Notes under the pieces: model-generated
What the model was told of the DNA's origin: nothing
The model's input: the letters and a program-made list of their open reading frames with translations, nothing else
Databases searched by the model: none
Translations under genes and position numbers: made by a program
Assembly: GCA_040437565.1 (NCBI GenBank)
Contig: JBDOQK010000045.1
Coordinates: 62,001-126,000, forward strand
Length of the DNA: 64,000 nucleotides
From: Albugo candida
Lineage: Eukaryota
Direction: 5' to 3'
In this document: in pieces, positions 39,001 to 51,856 of the stretch
How the letters are laid out: each line of letters begins with the position of its first letter
How positions within the stretch are numbered: the stretch's first letter is position 1

Positions 39001-41480
39001 CTTTTGGCAGCCCTTAGATCCATTAGTACTCGTAGAAAAATTCATGGTCTGTAAGGTATAGAATCTTGAACACCCATTTTTTTCACCCGTTTCAACTGAA
39101 GCTACACATGTGTTTAAATGGTGGGAGTGACGACAACAAGGAGTAAGATTAGACGGAATGATTATGATGTGATATATCTTCTCAAAATCAGTTGGGAATA
39201 GCCATTTTAACGTCAATATAACGTCAAAGATGGTATAACATTTGGAAGAAAAACTCTGTAAATATAACATTTGAGATAAGTGATGACATCAATGTAGATG
39301 AAGACGAGGTCTTGAGCGATAAACAATAGGCACATCCATATTGCAAAATGGTCATAGCTCTAGTTCCAATGGTAATGAAAATAAAAGAAAGTGATAATCA
39401 GAGCGCAGGCCCTCGGCGGACAGGAAGATAATGAGGAGAATGGACATGGGATCAATAGAAGCAGTGATGGAGGAGATGCTGAATAGAACACCAACGGTAC
39501 ATCATAATCAATAACGACCAACGACGAAGGCGCCCAGAGACCAATCATTCACGTCAAAGATTGAGAGCACCCAGTAGCTATTCACTACTCACTTCGATGT
39601 CTGAGAAGAAAATATTTTCTAGTCTGTGACGTTTATAACTGGAGTAGATTCCATCAGCTAGATTCTATATTGGTTGAACTGCAGCACAGTATTAAGACCA
39701 GCAAGAGATAGTGCCAATTAACAACAAATAGAGGAAAGAAGGTGTTAGATATGACCTCCAAATCAACTACGCCGGAAAAACCGAAGTTTCCAAAATCACC
39801 ATCTAGAACATGTTTTTATGCATCCCTGTTTGCGAATCAGGGATCGGGTGCACTGGATGAGAGTGAAGTAGACACAAAGCCGCACTAAGGGGATTATCGT
39901 TCTGCTTATGAACATAGAATGCCTGCGTCAGTAAACCCGAAGATGGAGAAAAGTTTTTTATTGTCTTTTACCAGAAGCAGACAAACACCATTTGAACATT
40001 TTACCTGCCATTTTTTGTATACATCATGATCGAGAAAGATCATGAAATTTTCACTGTGGAAACAAAAGATATACGGCATCGAGAGGAGTACACCAAATTT
40101 CAAAGAATGTTGTGGCATTTAATACGCTTCTGCTGTTTGGAGTAGAGCATAGCGTCTGAATCGTCTTGGTGGTACAATGCCTGTTAACTTCAAACCTAAA
40201 TATGGCGGCATATTGCATAGGAATGTATCTTTGGAGAGGGGTCCTCTCTCACAGTAAGAGCTTGAACCATCATTGATACATTCACGTACGATCTAGTAGA
40301 AATAGAGCTACTGGTTGCGGGAGTTTCAGTTTGATCAAGGTAATTGAATTTTGAAGAGATATTATTTGTGACATTGATCCACCTGTATGCGTCATCCTTC
40401 TGGAATAGGCATTTGTTCGATCTGGGATACCTTTAGCTTAATAACATTGATGCATCCATGGTAAACGACACTCATTCAGCTTTATAGAAATGCTTGCAGA
40501 TTACAACCAGAATGTTGCAAAAAAAATTGGCAAAGTAAGACAATTTCTCGAGCAAAACGGAAGGCTATTGCGAATATAGATTGATTATGATAATCAAAAA
40601 ATGGATTGACTTCGATGGAAGTTGCAATCGGCAGTTTTGTCAAATAACATCGCTATTTGCGCAAAATAACTGCACTATCTGGTATAGACGAAAATTCTAC
40701 AATTTACTCAGGATATGTCCAGTGCTCGACACACTTGTTGTTAGAAGTGTATTTTCTTCCTTGCATGAACTTCTACTAATTGTATCCGACGCCATCTTTA
40801 AAAATAAATTCTAGTTCCTGGACTTACCGAAGGAATATAAACACTCCGAAGCTCCTCTAAACTAGTTGAGTATACCTACCGATAGCGTGTAATTGGAAAC
40901 GATCTACCGGGTGCAAAGTCTAATGAAGAAAGAATAACCCTCTGACAAATGTTGGAACACACTGCAAGTGGAGAACTCCTTTACATGAATTTAGTGCATG
41001 AGCGCTGTCAATTGATAGTTGGGCATCACATTGAGTGATGTGCAAGGCCAGAATGGATATGATTTTTGCTGAGACTTGGAAGTATTCGATAAATGTGATC
41101 AAATATGAGGGTCGAGTAGACTTATTTGATACTTTAAGTCATATCGAATTCGGATGTGATCGAAAAGAAAGAAGATCAATCCGATGACGTCTTTATCCTT
41201 CGATTGCACAAAGTCGAATTGACCAGAACATCACGCAAGGCCAACTCGCGTTATATATTCGAAGTCAAAGGTGCGATTTTGGGTCAGTACTTCCAATTCC
41301 CTCAGAGAGCGGCCGCAAAGATGTAATGTTGCTTCAGTGCCACATTGAAGACGCAAGCCTCGTGGGATACGTTGATCGTATTGGTCTTGTCGGGAAGCAG
41401 AAAGAAGCAAGTCATTTCCTTAGAAATACATGGGTGTTCTCATCTAACTGGAGACTTGAACGATCGGAAGCGGGTAATAA

Positions 41481-41544
41481 ATACGGATACGGATACGGAT
41501 ACGGGTGCGGGTGCGAGAGGTTAGGTAAGGTAAGGTAAGGTAAG
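41481..41544 (+). repeat. Compound microsatellite (ATACGG)4, (GTGCGG)~2, (TAAGG)~4
   Basis: Read directly from the sequence. Confidence 0.9.
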
Positions 41545-44500
41545 TGAAGTAGTTTGGACTTCTGGAGATTTCCAGAAGAATGTGTGCTTCATAATCTCTA
41601 ATATTACATTCTGCATATCCGAAATGACAGCAAGCAACAACCCACGACTCCTCCGGATTTTTCGAAACTTTTATTTTCGTATTAATAGTATAGTATTTTC
41701 TGTACTGCGCGCTCATAATTATTTTTAATTCAATTAGGTTGCTTCCATCGCGTTGATGGATCGTTATCATAGCGGATAGACACATTATGTGAGCATGAGA
41801 TCACGAGCATAAGGCCGTCCAATTTTATGCAGCGTTTTGGCGTGACTTCCACATAAATCTATGCTTGTTATATTGTAAGACAGGCGCTTCATCGAGATAC
41901 ACTAGTTTTATTGCCAGATGGCGAGCTTGGGTATCATTGCACGTTAGTCATTCTAGATAACCACAACCGTGGTTGCAGCTAGTTACTAATCTTATCTTCT
42001 TAAGAAGAGAGATACTTCACCAGATACGTGTCTACGCATGTTTCAGGATCTGTGAAGTTATTGTGAAAGTATCTCCACTCCTTACTAAATTTGGACTATC
42101 GTATAGAGTCTTTCATCAGCAGCATAGCGCCAACATTCAGTTGGATGCATCCGAAGATTCTTTGACAATAAGAGGATTCCCGGTGCTTTGCTAATCGTCA
42201 CAAATCCGCTCTGCAGTACGGGTAAAGTGTACATACGCTTGAATCGCATCTTCTAGTTCCTATTTTTGAAAGAGCTGCGGATAAATAAGGCTTTGGGATA
42301 TGCCATTGCGGTCTGTCGAACATTGTTCGCTAGTATGAAGAATAATCGCAAACATGTTCCACGTCAGAAATTTCGTTATCATAGGCTGTAGAGTGTAATA
42401 GATTCGCTTTCATATGGAATACTTCAGAGTCTTCAAAGGCGAAAGCTGTCCTCCATGTTGGCAACTAAATGAAAGAGTGAGAGAACTGAAAATCTTTTTT
42501 AACGTCTTCTTTGAATGGTCGTGATGCGCAACAAGACGGCAAGATGCTCAATGCGCATATGCTCTTTTTTAACCGTTTGAAAGGCACAAGTGCAGACATA
42601 TGATCATTCTTGAATCATGCAGGATATGATTATAAGTCTGTTTTGATTCAAGGTGTGACTGAAGCTGGTACAAAGGTCATTAAATGCAGCATGCTGGACA
42701 TAGATGTGACCTCAATAAGATCAAGCATAAGGTTATCCACAAAGATTTTAGCAGAACCGAGTTTAAAATGTGATTGCGCAAACTACACAAAGCAAACACA
42801 CGCGCAAATGATACATTGTGAAGGAATGCATGGGTCTAGAATTTTGGCTGAAGCAGACATGTTTTTCTGCGTTGTGGTTCGTATAGCGTGACTACACCAA
42901 AATCGGATATAATGTCTTCGGATTCAAGTACAAATAGCGTGACAACATCATAACCGGACACGCGCTAGTGGTCTTCGAAAGCGATTTCCACCAATCCTCA
43001 GCGCTAAAATGATAGAGTAATAACCAATCATCATTATGAACGCACTCATTAAAATGGTTTTTTGTCGTGGTTGCGTCTTCCAGACATTGATGCATCGTCC
43101 AGCTGCGGAGGTTATGCAACCATCACTCATTACCCACTAAATTGACTAAGGACAATGCACACCACTTGCTGTCCAATTGCGCCCCATAAAATTACAGTAT
43201 TACCCTCAGAACCTAAAGTATCATTCAGGACGCTATTGCAAGTACCGAATCTTCTGGTTGGAAGCTACAGAGTCGACATAATATGCATGCCCGGCTACCT
43301 CTACGTTTTCGTCGGTGTTCATGACCATACTTTTGATTTTTCTTTCGACCAAATAAAATTAGCACCCGTATTTGACTTTTGAAGTCGCATTGAGCTATCA
43401 TTATATGAGTCGTAGTGAGTTGCCATCAAATGCAGACGCTATACATGCGCGGAACGACGACCAAGTTAGGTCGCACACTCCTTGTGTATGCCACTCAGAT
43501 ACGCCTTCCGCATCTCCTGTGTGGGCCAAACTCCATACGCTTTCATCAGCAGCTATAAGACACTTGCCGGTCATTTACGGAGAGATCATGGCAATGATAT
43601 TGACCTAAATGTATTGCGAGCAGCTGTGGATTGTGTACTGCAAATAATGAGGTTAGAAATATTGCGTGCATGAGTGTACATGAGTGTGTAGGCTGCATTT
43701 ATCGACAGGTTGAGCCGCTACAGTGTTATTCAAGTGCTATCCATGAGCGAGTTCGTGTCGGGCTTCTTATATTAGTTCATATTCATATCATACGACAGTT
43801 CCTATCCATAAGTCACGACATAGAGGCATTTGCGTGTCATCTGCTCCAGAAAAAATATTGTGATGATAATTTGCTGTTTCTCAGCTGAAAGAGTTCTAGT
43901 TTCGAGTTCTTAACTTTCGAGCAAGCACTGATGAAAGTACTTCTTTTCTTCATCTTCTCGTATATCCTTGATTGTCCAAGGGTATATTCGCGTTCGTGAG
44001 GTACTGGGCTGTAATCTGCGACAAACGTATTTGCTTATCAGAATCTCACTGTGTTCGGGCAAGTCGTCTACAAATAGACCGATTCGGAGGTAATCACGTT
44101 GAATCCAGCGATAATATGTCAAATATGAGTGAATAGAAGCGAGCAATTTCGACTATCTAAGTGAGGAAACTCACCATCTCAAATGAATTGTCGACGATAA
44201 TGAGATGCTACGCTTTCTCAATCAATTCTCGAGCGGACAGTCTCTTCTTTGTCCATTCATACAATTGCTTATTCAGTTCAGCGTTGTCGGGTCCGCGTCG
44301 AAGTCGTCTTTGATAGCCGTGCTGTCGATAATTATCTAAAGCTCGACGATTTACGTAAGTTGCTGCACCTACATAAACGGTTGGCGTGAAGCGTTCCGGT
44401 GTATAAAGGTCGAACAATTACATTTCTTTCGTATCGAAGGCTATCTGCGTACATAAACTGGTCCTCCGTCTCATCATTTTCATTCGACGACATGATCGTG

Positions 44501-45581
44501 GCAGCGACTCCTTGCCTGCAATTTGATTGTCCCTTGTTCTTACGCAATTCCCTTCTTGCATAAGGAACGCCTAAATATCCCGTTTCACAAATATTCCTTC
44601 TCTCGGTTCCGATCAAAGCAGAGTCCGGCGCTATAGAAAGCTCATCTTTGTGAACGAAGACTCCTCAGGAATTGGGCCTAAAAGTGCTCTGACAGAGCAA
44701 TTTGGCTGTTTCCTGGATGACAGTCTTCATTCTCGATATGAAAACTTTCTAGGACAAGATAGAGGATATCGTGTGAGAAGCTCTCCCGATAAAGGTACAA
44801 GCTTGTGTGCTTTGTCGTATACAGTTCTTGTGAAGAGTGCTAATTCGGATAGCTCAATTCCATTACCAGATAGAATGATATCAAGGGCTTTGGAAAACCA
44901 ACTGCTAAGCCTTTTCAGATTGTAAAGTGCGACATTCTGTACATATATTTGTAGGAGTTTCTATGTGTCTGGTGAGATCAGTTTTCTAGCAAATTTGGTA
45001 CTTGTAAACAGCTGCGACTTTGTGCTGGAACAATGGTAAGATCAAAACAGATAAATGCATTGGCTGCAAAGGCTCTGACAACTGAACAAAGTCACATGGA
45101 TATCCTGAACATGAACCAAGACTTATCTATAATTGCGTCTTGAGCTTTCGCTAGAAGAGACATAAATGCAAAGGAGATATCGTAAGATCATAACAGCGTG
45201 AGTTAGAGTCAAATTGAAGAGACAAGTAGAAAGGGTATCACCTAGGCGTGTAGAAGAGGGCAACAAAGCATTATACGGAAGGGATGGTTTACCAGCTGCA
45301 CCTTCAAGTAGCGTATCGGAATAAAATTGAAAGCATACACTCGCATGTTTGACCAAAAAAAAGCAAACTTGGCGGGGATGTCCAGGATACCGCACAATTT
45401 TTTCATCGCGACGAAAACAGCAGAGGTCATTTGTAAGTAAAAATGAGTGGAAAAGTTTGCACGTAAGCGAGATATCAGCGCAATTGGGCTAGAAATCAAT
45501 CTCACAAGAAATTGCAGTACACCTCGTTGAACCTCAGCAAAATCAGCATTCAATCATTGAAAAGAAATCTCCAACCCATTC

Positions 45582-46376
45582 TTATTTCGTACGGAACAAC
45601 CTTGCGAACATATTAAAGGGGTTGTGGCGAGAAATGAATGATTTACGAGCTGTCAGTGGACCAATGTGCACAACGTTCTTTCCTTCCTCTTCCATGATCA
45701 CCATATATCGCACATGCTTGAGAACTACTCTTCCAAAAACATATCCACGGTCTTGGCGTGACTCAACATTCGATCGCTCGATGCAGATTTCGAGTCCGAA
45801 CGAAAATTCCAGAACTAGACAATCCGCATCTGTCTCATCGAAAGCTTCAAACACTTCAGTTGGTACTTCCAACTTATCCGTTGTGAGAGAAAAATGAATC
45901 ATGTCAACAAAATTTGTAGAAGTGCTTGTTATAACATTAGCCCAAGATCTCCCCAATGGCTCCGTTCTTCCAAACATCTTTTCATCAGTTTCCGTTGGTT
46001 CGTCAGGCGTTTGGATCTCCGAGAGGACGACCGGCTCGCCAGTTTCCGCATGACTGTCTTGTGTATTTTTAGCGATGCCTGTCAGTGTTTCTTCACACGT
46101 CAAGTGCTCTAACTTCTCGCGTATTCCAATTACTTTCAAGCCATGCGATACAATGCACACCACGCCACATTCTACCAGACTCAGAGCAGCGTTTTCGATG
46201 TCCTGTATAATCCTGGGAATAATAACTCGCTTACCGCTTCTTTGCGAGCATGTATACTCATTTTTGTGTAATGTTAACTTCATACCTCGCGCATAAGGGC
46301 ATTCACATCGAACTTTCTTCCCAACCATTGAAAGCCACAAAAGTAAAACGTTAAAGCCAAATCGTATTTGTTTCAT
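45582..46376 (-). CDS. Secreted Cys-containing protein with a degenerate pepsin-like C-terminal lobe (candidate effector)
   Basis: The likely start is the second Met at 46376 (MKQIRFGFNVLLLWLSMVG), preceded by INR/FPR ACTCATTTTGCGCTTT. MIHFSLTTDKLEVPTEVFEAF, DCLVLEFSFG and GYVFGRVVLKHVRYMV...VHIGP resemble pepsin C-lobe elements without DTG. Confidence 0.7.
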   Translation of the reverse strand: MKQIRFGFNVLLLWLSMVGKKVRCECPYARGMKLTLHKNEYTCSQRSGKRVIIPRIIQDIENAALSLVECGVVCIVSHGLKVIGIREKLEHLTCEETLTGIAKNTQDSHAETGEPVVLSEIQTPDEPTETDEKMFGRTEPLGRSWANVITSTSTNFVDMIHFSLTTDKLEVPTEVFEAFDETDADCLVLEFSFGLEICIERSNVESRQDRGYVFGRVVLKHVRYMVIMEEEGKNVVHIGPLTARKSFISRHNPFNMFARLFRTK

Positions 46377-46633
46377 GTCAAGTAAAACGGGGAGTGTCGT
46401 ACAGAATAAAGCGCAAAATGAGTTAAAACATTCCCAGTTGAAATGTCTTAATCGCAGTGTTGTCGTCGTCGCCCTCATTTGGCCAATGAGAAGATAGCTA
46501 CGCTATGATTCGTTCCCAGATGCAACGAATTGCCATGTGAAAATGTTGCCACATTTTGACATAAATCGTACAGCGCGCAGCTGATTTTTATAGAACTTTA
46601 GCAACACATTCTGATTGTCGCATTTTTGGCGAA

Positions 46634-46863
46634 TGGGAGCGTTAGAAGCTAGATCGTCCTGTACCTTCTTTCTTTTCATTTACTTGAAAAAAAGGCAGNN
46701 NNNNNNNNNNNNNNNNNNNNNNNNNNNNNNNNNNNNNNNNNNNNNNNNNNNNNNNNNNNNNNNNNNNNNNNNNNNNNNNNNNNNNNNNNNNNNNNNNNTG
46801 GGAGCGTTAGAAGCTAGATCGTCCTGTACCTTCTTTCTTTTCATTTACTTGAAAAAAAGGCAG
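46634..46863. other. 100-N gap (46699-46798) with 65-bp flanking duplication
   Basis: 46634-46698 = 46799-46863. Confidence 0.9.
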
Positions 46864-46946
46864 CAGGTAGCATACGTCCTAGAGCTCGAGTCTGTGCACC
46901 CACCCCTCAGAACATTTCCAGATAATTCGTGAATTGATATATGTTC

Positions 46947-47059
46947 AACCCATCGTTCTGATGAATTGTTTAACCCATCGTTCTGATATATATTTAACCC
47001 ATCGTTCTGATGAATTGTTTAACCCATCGTTCTGATGAATTGATTAACCCTCCGTTCTG
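46947..47059 (+). repeat. Minisatellite, 24-25 bp unit AACCCATCGTTCTGATGAATTGTTT x~4.5
   Basis: Five AACCC(AT/TC)CGTTCTG cores separated by 10-11 nt AT-rich linkers. Confidence 0.9.
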
Positions 47060-49219
47060 GACAACAGGAATATTGTTGCCCTTGACTACGGCCAGCACTG
47101 ATTTCAGGACCTATCAACTAATTTTTTTTACATCATAGCTTAGAACGTTTCACCTAAAAACATTATGTTCAAGACTTGAAAGACTTCTACATCTTTTTTT
47201 ATAAAAAGTTTCACCTTATGGCTACTTCCTCGCACTTCGTTCATTCACTCCAACCCCAAACTTAAACAAGAGGAGACATCACGAATGCTTGATACTGAAA
47301 CGAAATGTCATAAAATTGAGAATAGAATCTCGTCGCAGCCTACCTAACGACATAGTTGCTCGGTATTCGTGATTAAAGCACATAGTAAGCGAAATGCCGT
47401 CTTGTAGTAAATAAGCAATCGTTTTGACTCATTGTTGCGTGTTCCAGTATTATACTTTTTCAGCTACATAGCATCCTCACTTCTTATCCCTTCTTACTGA
47501 ACTCTCGGCTTACTACAACAAGAAATTTGCGTTCTTTGTCGATGGAAACATAGAACGATCTGTAACCACCTTGCGCTCGACGTTCTTGTGCTTTAATTTT
47601 GAGATTTGCTTACCTGATTCAAATGATCCTTCAGGGCTGGAAAGACGTCTGTAAATCAATTTTCATACCGCGATGATGATGGAACGAGATACATTCCGCA
47701 GTCAAACAGGACATGCTTATCGAAAGCGAATGCAACACTGCTTCTGCGGATACAACACTCGCAAAAATTATAACTCTACTTCGAAGAGAATCTTGAATAA
47801 TCTTTCGCGACGTGAGCGCAGAGATCAGTAATATGCGCGACCCGACCCGCTGAACTTTCTTTCGTGTGCTCTCCTATTTAAAAGGCTTTTGAACTTGGGA
47901 AAGGTAGAAAATAAGGCCTGGGCGTAGCAAGACAACATGGCTAAAAAACGTCCATGATCTGGGATATGCGCAAGAAGAAAATAAGTTTAGAGGAATACGT
48001 ATTCATCAAAATAAATTGACTGATAGTGGAACCCATCCTTGAAGATGCATTAAGTGCTTCATGTGAAAAGTTTTTACTTTACCACTTAGGGATCATGCTC
48101 AAATGAAATTAATGACAGTAGTTCGAAAATGCACACGATATAAGTATCTCACTTGTTGCAACAAGAATGTAATTTCTGTAGCGGCTGGAGTGTCGATGAA
48201 GTCAGGTCGTAATATTTCTGACTTTCGGTGCCCATTCGAACTACATGGTAGAAGCGCGTTCTAAAGTGCGTGCTACAATGGTCACTTCTAAAAAATATGA
48301 AAAGGATCCAATTAGCTTGCAATGTCTGTAGATTAAATTCGTGCCGCGTTTGTCTTGACATACTCCGCAGTCTGTCTACTTCACAATTGTCCATAAGAAG
48401 CTCTCATTCGCAATTCTCATATACTGCAAAGGCGCTGTCAACAAATTCAAAAGTGAATTGGGATGAATTTGCTCATCTAATGAGCAATTTTGCTCATAGC
48501 GATTTTAAAAGCCAATCTTCTATCAAATAATATGCCATTGTAGATTCGTGAGAGGAGTATGAGCGCTATGTATGCAGTTATAGCTGCTGGAAGGTTTTAG
48601 ATGATAAGCGACGAGCAAGCTCACACTCGGTTTCTCGCAAAGCATCTCACTCTTTGTATCTATCCGAAAAGAAACACGTCCGCACGGTTCAATGAGACAG
48701 TGAGATTAGCGTAAATGATTCGGTGTACAGCGTCACGCTCAACTAAGACGCCCCACTTCATGCGATTTCTACTTTTCAGATGTAAGCCAAACAACGGTGC
48801 ATTTCATCGGATCTCAATGTGAAGATTCGAATTGTTTCGCCTGCGATAATTGAGAACCTGATACAGTCGAAAGTTGTGCTGTCTATAGTCTAATAATTTA
48901 CTGTGTTTTTGTTCTAGCCCAGTGATCCTGCAAAGGTTGGTATCATCAGCGTATGTGTATGTTCATTAACATCGACTCCGATCAATGTTTCTGGAAAAAA
49001 GATACAAATCCTTTGTGTTGGACTCGTTCTGCTTAGTTTGTTGCCTGTAATATCGATCTGAGGTGAATGGACAGTTATTTTCACGTCCTTATGAATCATG
49101 TTTCTAGCTTCCCAATCGTCTTCTTCTCTTTTCATTTACTCCTTCTTCCGGTAGCAACAGTAGGCTATTCTGAATCAGCTCTTCTCTCAAAAACTTGCAT
49201 TTGTAGTGCTAAGATAATC

Positions 49220-51751
49220 TCTTAATCATACAAAAGGTCTTGATTTTGCCTTCCGAAAGAATCGCATTCGTGGTTATAAACCTCCGATAGCTGTACGAGG
49301 TCTCCAATGGCGGCGTCCTTTTTGTACGGGTAACATTGCTTTCCATCAATCTCTGCTTCCAAACGGCGACTCTCCTGTACGATCTGATTACGCCCGCAGC
49401 ATATTCCTTTAATTTTCTTCTCAGGCGAATCATCGCGTATTGAGAACTTGTAAGCAGCATATTGCAAGCTGCCAAAACATTCCATTGAGTTGTAAATGTG
49501 CACCATCTTATTGAGTAGCTCAGAACTGATTTTGTTTTCTGTCAGATTTCTTCTCCGCTTTTGCGATTTTTTCCGAAGTGAACCAACACCCCTTATTCCT
49601 TCAAATGTTCGCTCAGCAAATACTAATTTTAAATAACGTGATTGCTGGCAGAGGTAGAGTTTGCCTTGACTTGTTTGCGCTAATGCACCCTGCATGTATC
49701 TCCCCACTTCAAAGGAAGGGGTGCATGCTTCGCCATAAAGACATATGATCGAAGGTACAGTATGCCTGATTTTCTTTCTGGAAGCCTTCTTGTTTCATAT
49801 TCGAGTGCGAAACCCTCTGACATTATTTCTTTGATCTCCCTTTTGCACTCAGACTCTGCATTTGGTGGTTTCATCCTTCTTTTTCAGTGCGATGTCATTA
49901 TCTCGGATGTTGTCCTCAAGAAAGAGATTATTCTGACTTGAATTCTTGTAATCATCTGGTTGGAGTCCAAGTAATGTCTCACAATCTTGGCCGATTTTAT
50001 CTTTGGACATATATCTATGAAGTGTGCATTTTCATTGTGTTCGATCCATCCTCATTTATACTCTTGCAATTTCTAGAATATCTCGGCTTGTAAACATTCT
50101 CAGGTAGGCACATTAGCAAGGACCGAGTGGGGATACTGTTTCGTTCGTGGGTCATCAGGTTTGTACCTCTGATAGCATTGTTCAGGACGTCATGGTCAGT
50201 ATTCTTCTGAGGAATCGACGAAAACTGCAATGTGTATGGTTACTCGATAATGTCGACATACGAGACAAAATCTGTGCAGTGCCGTACAGAGGGATTTCTA
50301 CTTAGTCAGGTCAAATAAAGTGACCGCCACTTTTGCTCACTGCGTCAGCTTCATATTGGCTTCTTGGTAATGCGTGAGGTCCAAAGCGTCCCTGTCGACA
50401 AAAGGAGTGATATTGTAACGCCGGCAGGAGGAAGGNNNNNNNNNNNNNNNNNNNNNNNNNNNNNNNNNNNNNNNNNNNNNNNNNNNNNNNNNNNNNNNNN
50501 NNNNNNNNNNNNNNNNNNNNNNNNNNNNNNNNNNNTCTTAATCATACAAAAGGTCTTGATTTTGCCTTCCGAAAGAATCGCATTCGTGGTTATAAACCTC
50601 CGATAGCTGTACGAGGTCTCCAATGGCGGCGTCCTTTTTGTACGGGTAACATTGCTTTCCATCAATCTCTGCTTCCAAACGGCGACTCTCCTGTACGATC
50701 TGATTACGCCCGCAGCATATTCCTTTAATTTTCTTCTCAGGCGAATCATCGCGTATTGAGAACTTGTAAGCAGCATATTGCAAGCTGCCAAAACATTCCA
50801 TTGAGTTGTAAATGTGCACCATCTTATTGAGTAGCTCAGAACTGATTTTGTTTTCTGTCAGATTTCTTCTCCGCTTTTGCGATTTTTTCCGAAGTGAACC
50901 AACACCCCTTATTCCTTCAAATGTTCGCTCAGCAAATACTAATTTTAAATAACGTGATTGCTGGCAGAGGTAGAGTTTGCCTTGACTTGTTTGCGCTAAT
51001 GCACCCTGCATGTATCTCCCCACTTCAAAGGAAGGGGTGCATGCTTCGCCATAAAGACATATGATCGAAGGTACAGTATGCCTGATTTTCTTTCTGGAAG
51101 CCTTCTTGTTTCATATTCGAGTGCGAAACCCTCTGACATTATTTCTTTGATCTCCCTTTTGCACTCAGACTCTGCATTTGGTGGTTTCATCCTTCTTTTT
51201 CAGTGCGATGTCATTATCTCGGATGTTGTCCTCAAGAAAGAGATTATTCTGACTTGAATTCTTGTAATCATCTGGTTGGAGTCCAAGTAATGTCTCACAA
51301 TCTTGGCCGATTTTATCTTTGGACATATATCTATGAAGTGTGCATTTTCATTGTGTTCGATCCATCCTCATTTATACTCTTGCAATTTCTAGAATATCTC
51401 GGCTTGTAAACATTCTCAGGTAGGCACATTAGCAAGGACCGAGTGGGGATACTGTTTCGTTCGTGGGTCATCAGGTTTGTACCTCTGATAGCATTGTTCA
51501 GGACGTCATGGTCAGTATTCTTCTGAGGAATCGACGAAAACTGCAATGTGTATGGTTACTCGATAATGTCGACATACGAGACAAAATCTGTGCAGTGCCG
51601 TACAGAGGGATTTCTACTTAGTCAGGTCAAATAAAGTGACCGCCACTTTTGCTCACTGCGTCAGCTTCATATTGGCTTCTTGGTAATGCGTGAGGTCCAA
51701 AGCGTCCCTGTCGACAAAAGGAGTGATATTGTAACGCCGGCAGGAGGAAGG
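49220..51751. other. 100-N gap (50436-50535) with ~1.2-kb flanking duplication
   Basis: 49220-50435 = 50536-51751; identical ORFs offset by 1316 nt. Confidence 0.9.
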
Positions 51752-51800
51752 GGGAGGAGGCAAAGGAAGATTTTTTCTGGCGAAGCTCTATTTGCTAAAA

Positions 51801-51856
51801 AATGGAAAGTGAGATTTTTAATTAAAGAATCCTGGTTCACCTATCTGATTGGCTAG
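51801..51856 (-). promoter_or_regulatory. INR+FPR (TCACTTTCCATTTT on minus) plus CCAAT box (CTGATTGGCTAG) upstream of decayed minus-strand coding sequence
   Basis: Both motifs match known oomycete core promoter elements. Fragmented minus-strand ORFs lie downstream (48914-51750). Confidence 0.45.

Noticed and set aside
36100-45500. Numerous 60-110 aa ORFs
   Set aside because: No recognisable motifs, mostly non-ATG starts and overlapping on both strands. Probably decayed repeats or pseudogenes that I cannot assign.
46377-46478. Upstream ATG giving the 298-aa ORF
   Set aside because: The extension overlaps the INR/FPR motif and would bury the signal peptide; ATG 46376 is more plausible.
46947-47059. 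CRISPR-like repeat-spacer array
   Set aside because: Linkers are only ~10 nt and mostly identical, there are no cas genes, and the context is eukaryotic.
48469-48487. Hairpin TTGCTCAT-CTA-ATGAGCAA
   Set aside because: An 8-bp stem is expected by chance in 64 kb.
49220-51751. Apparent recent 1.2-kb segmental duplication or LTR pair
   Set aside because: Matching copies abut a 100-N gap; assembly artefact.
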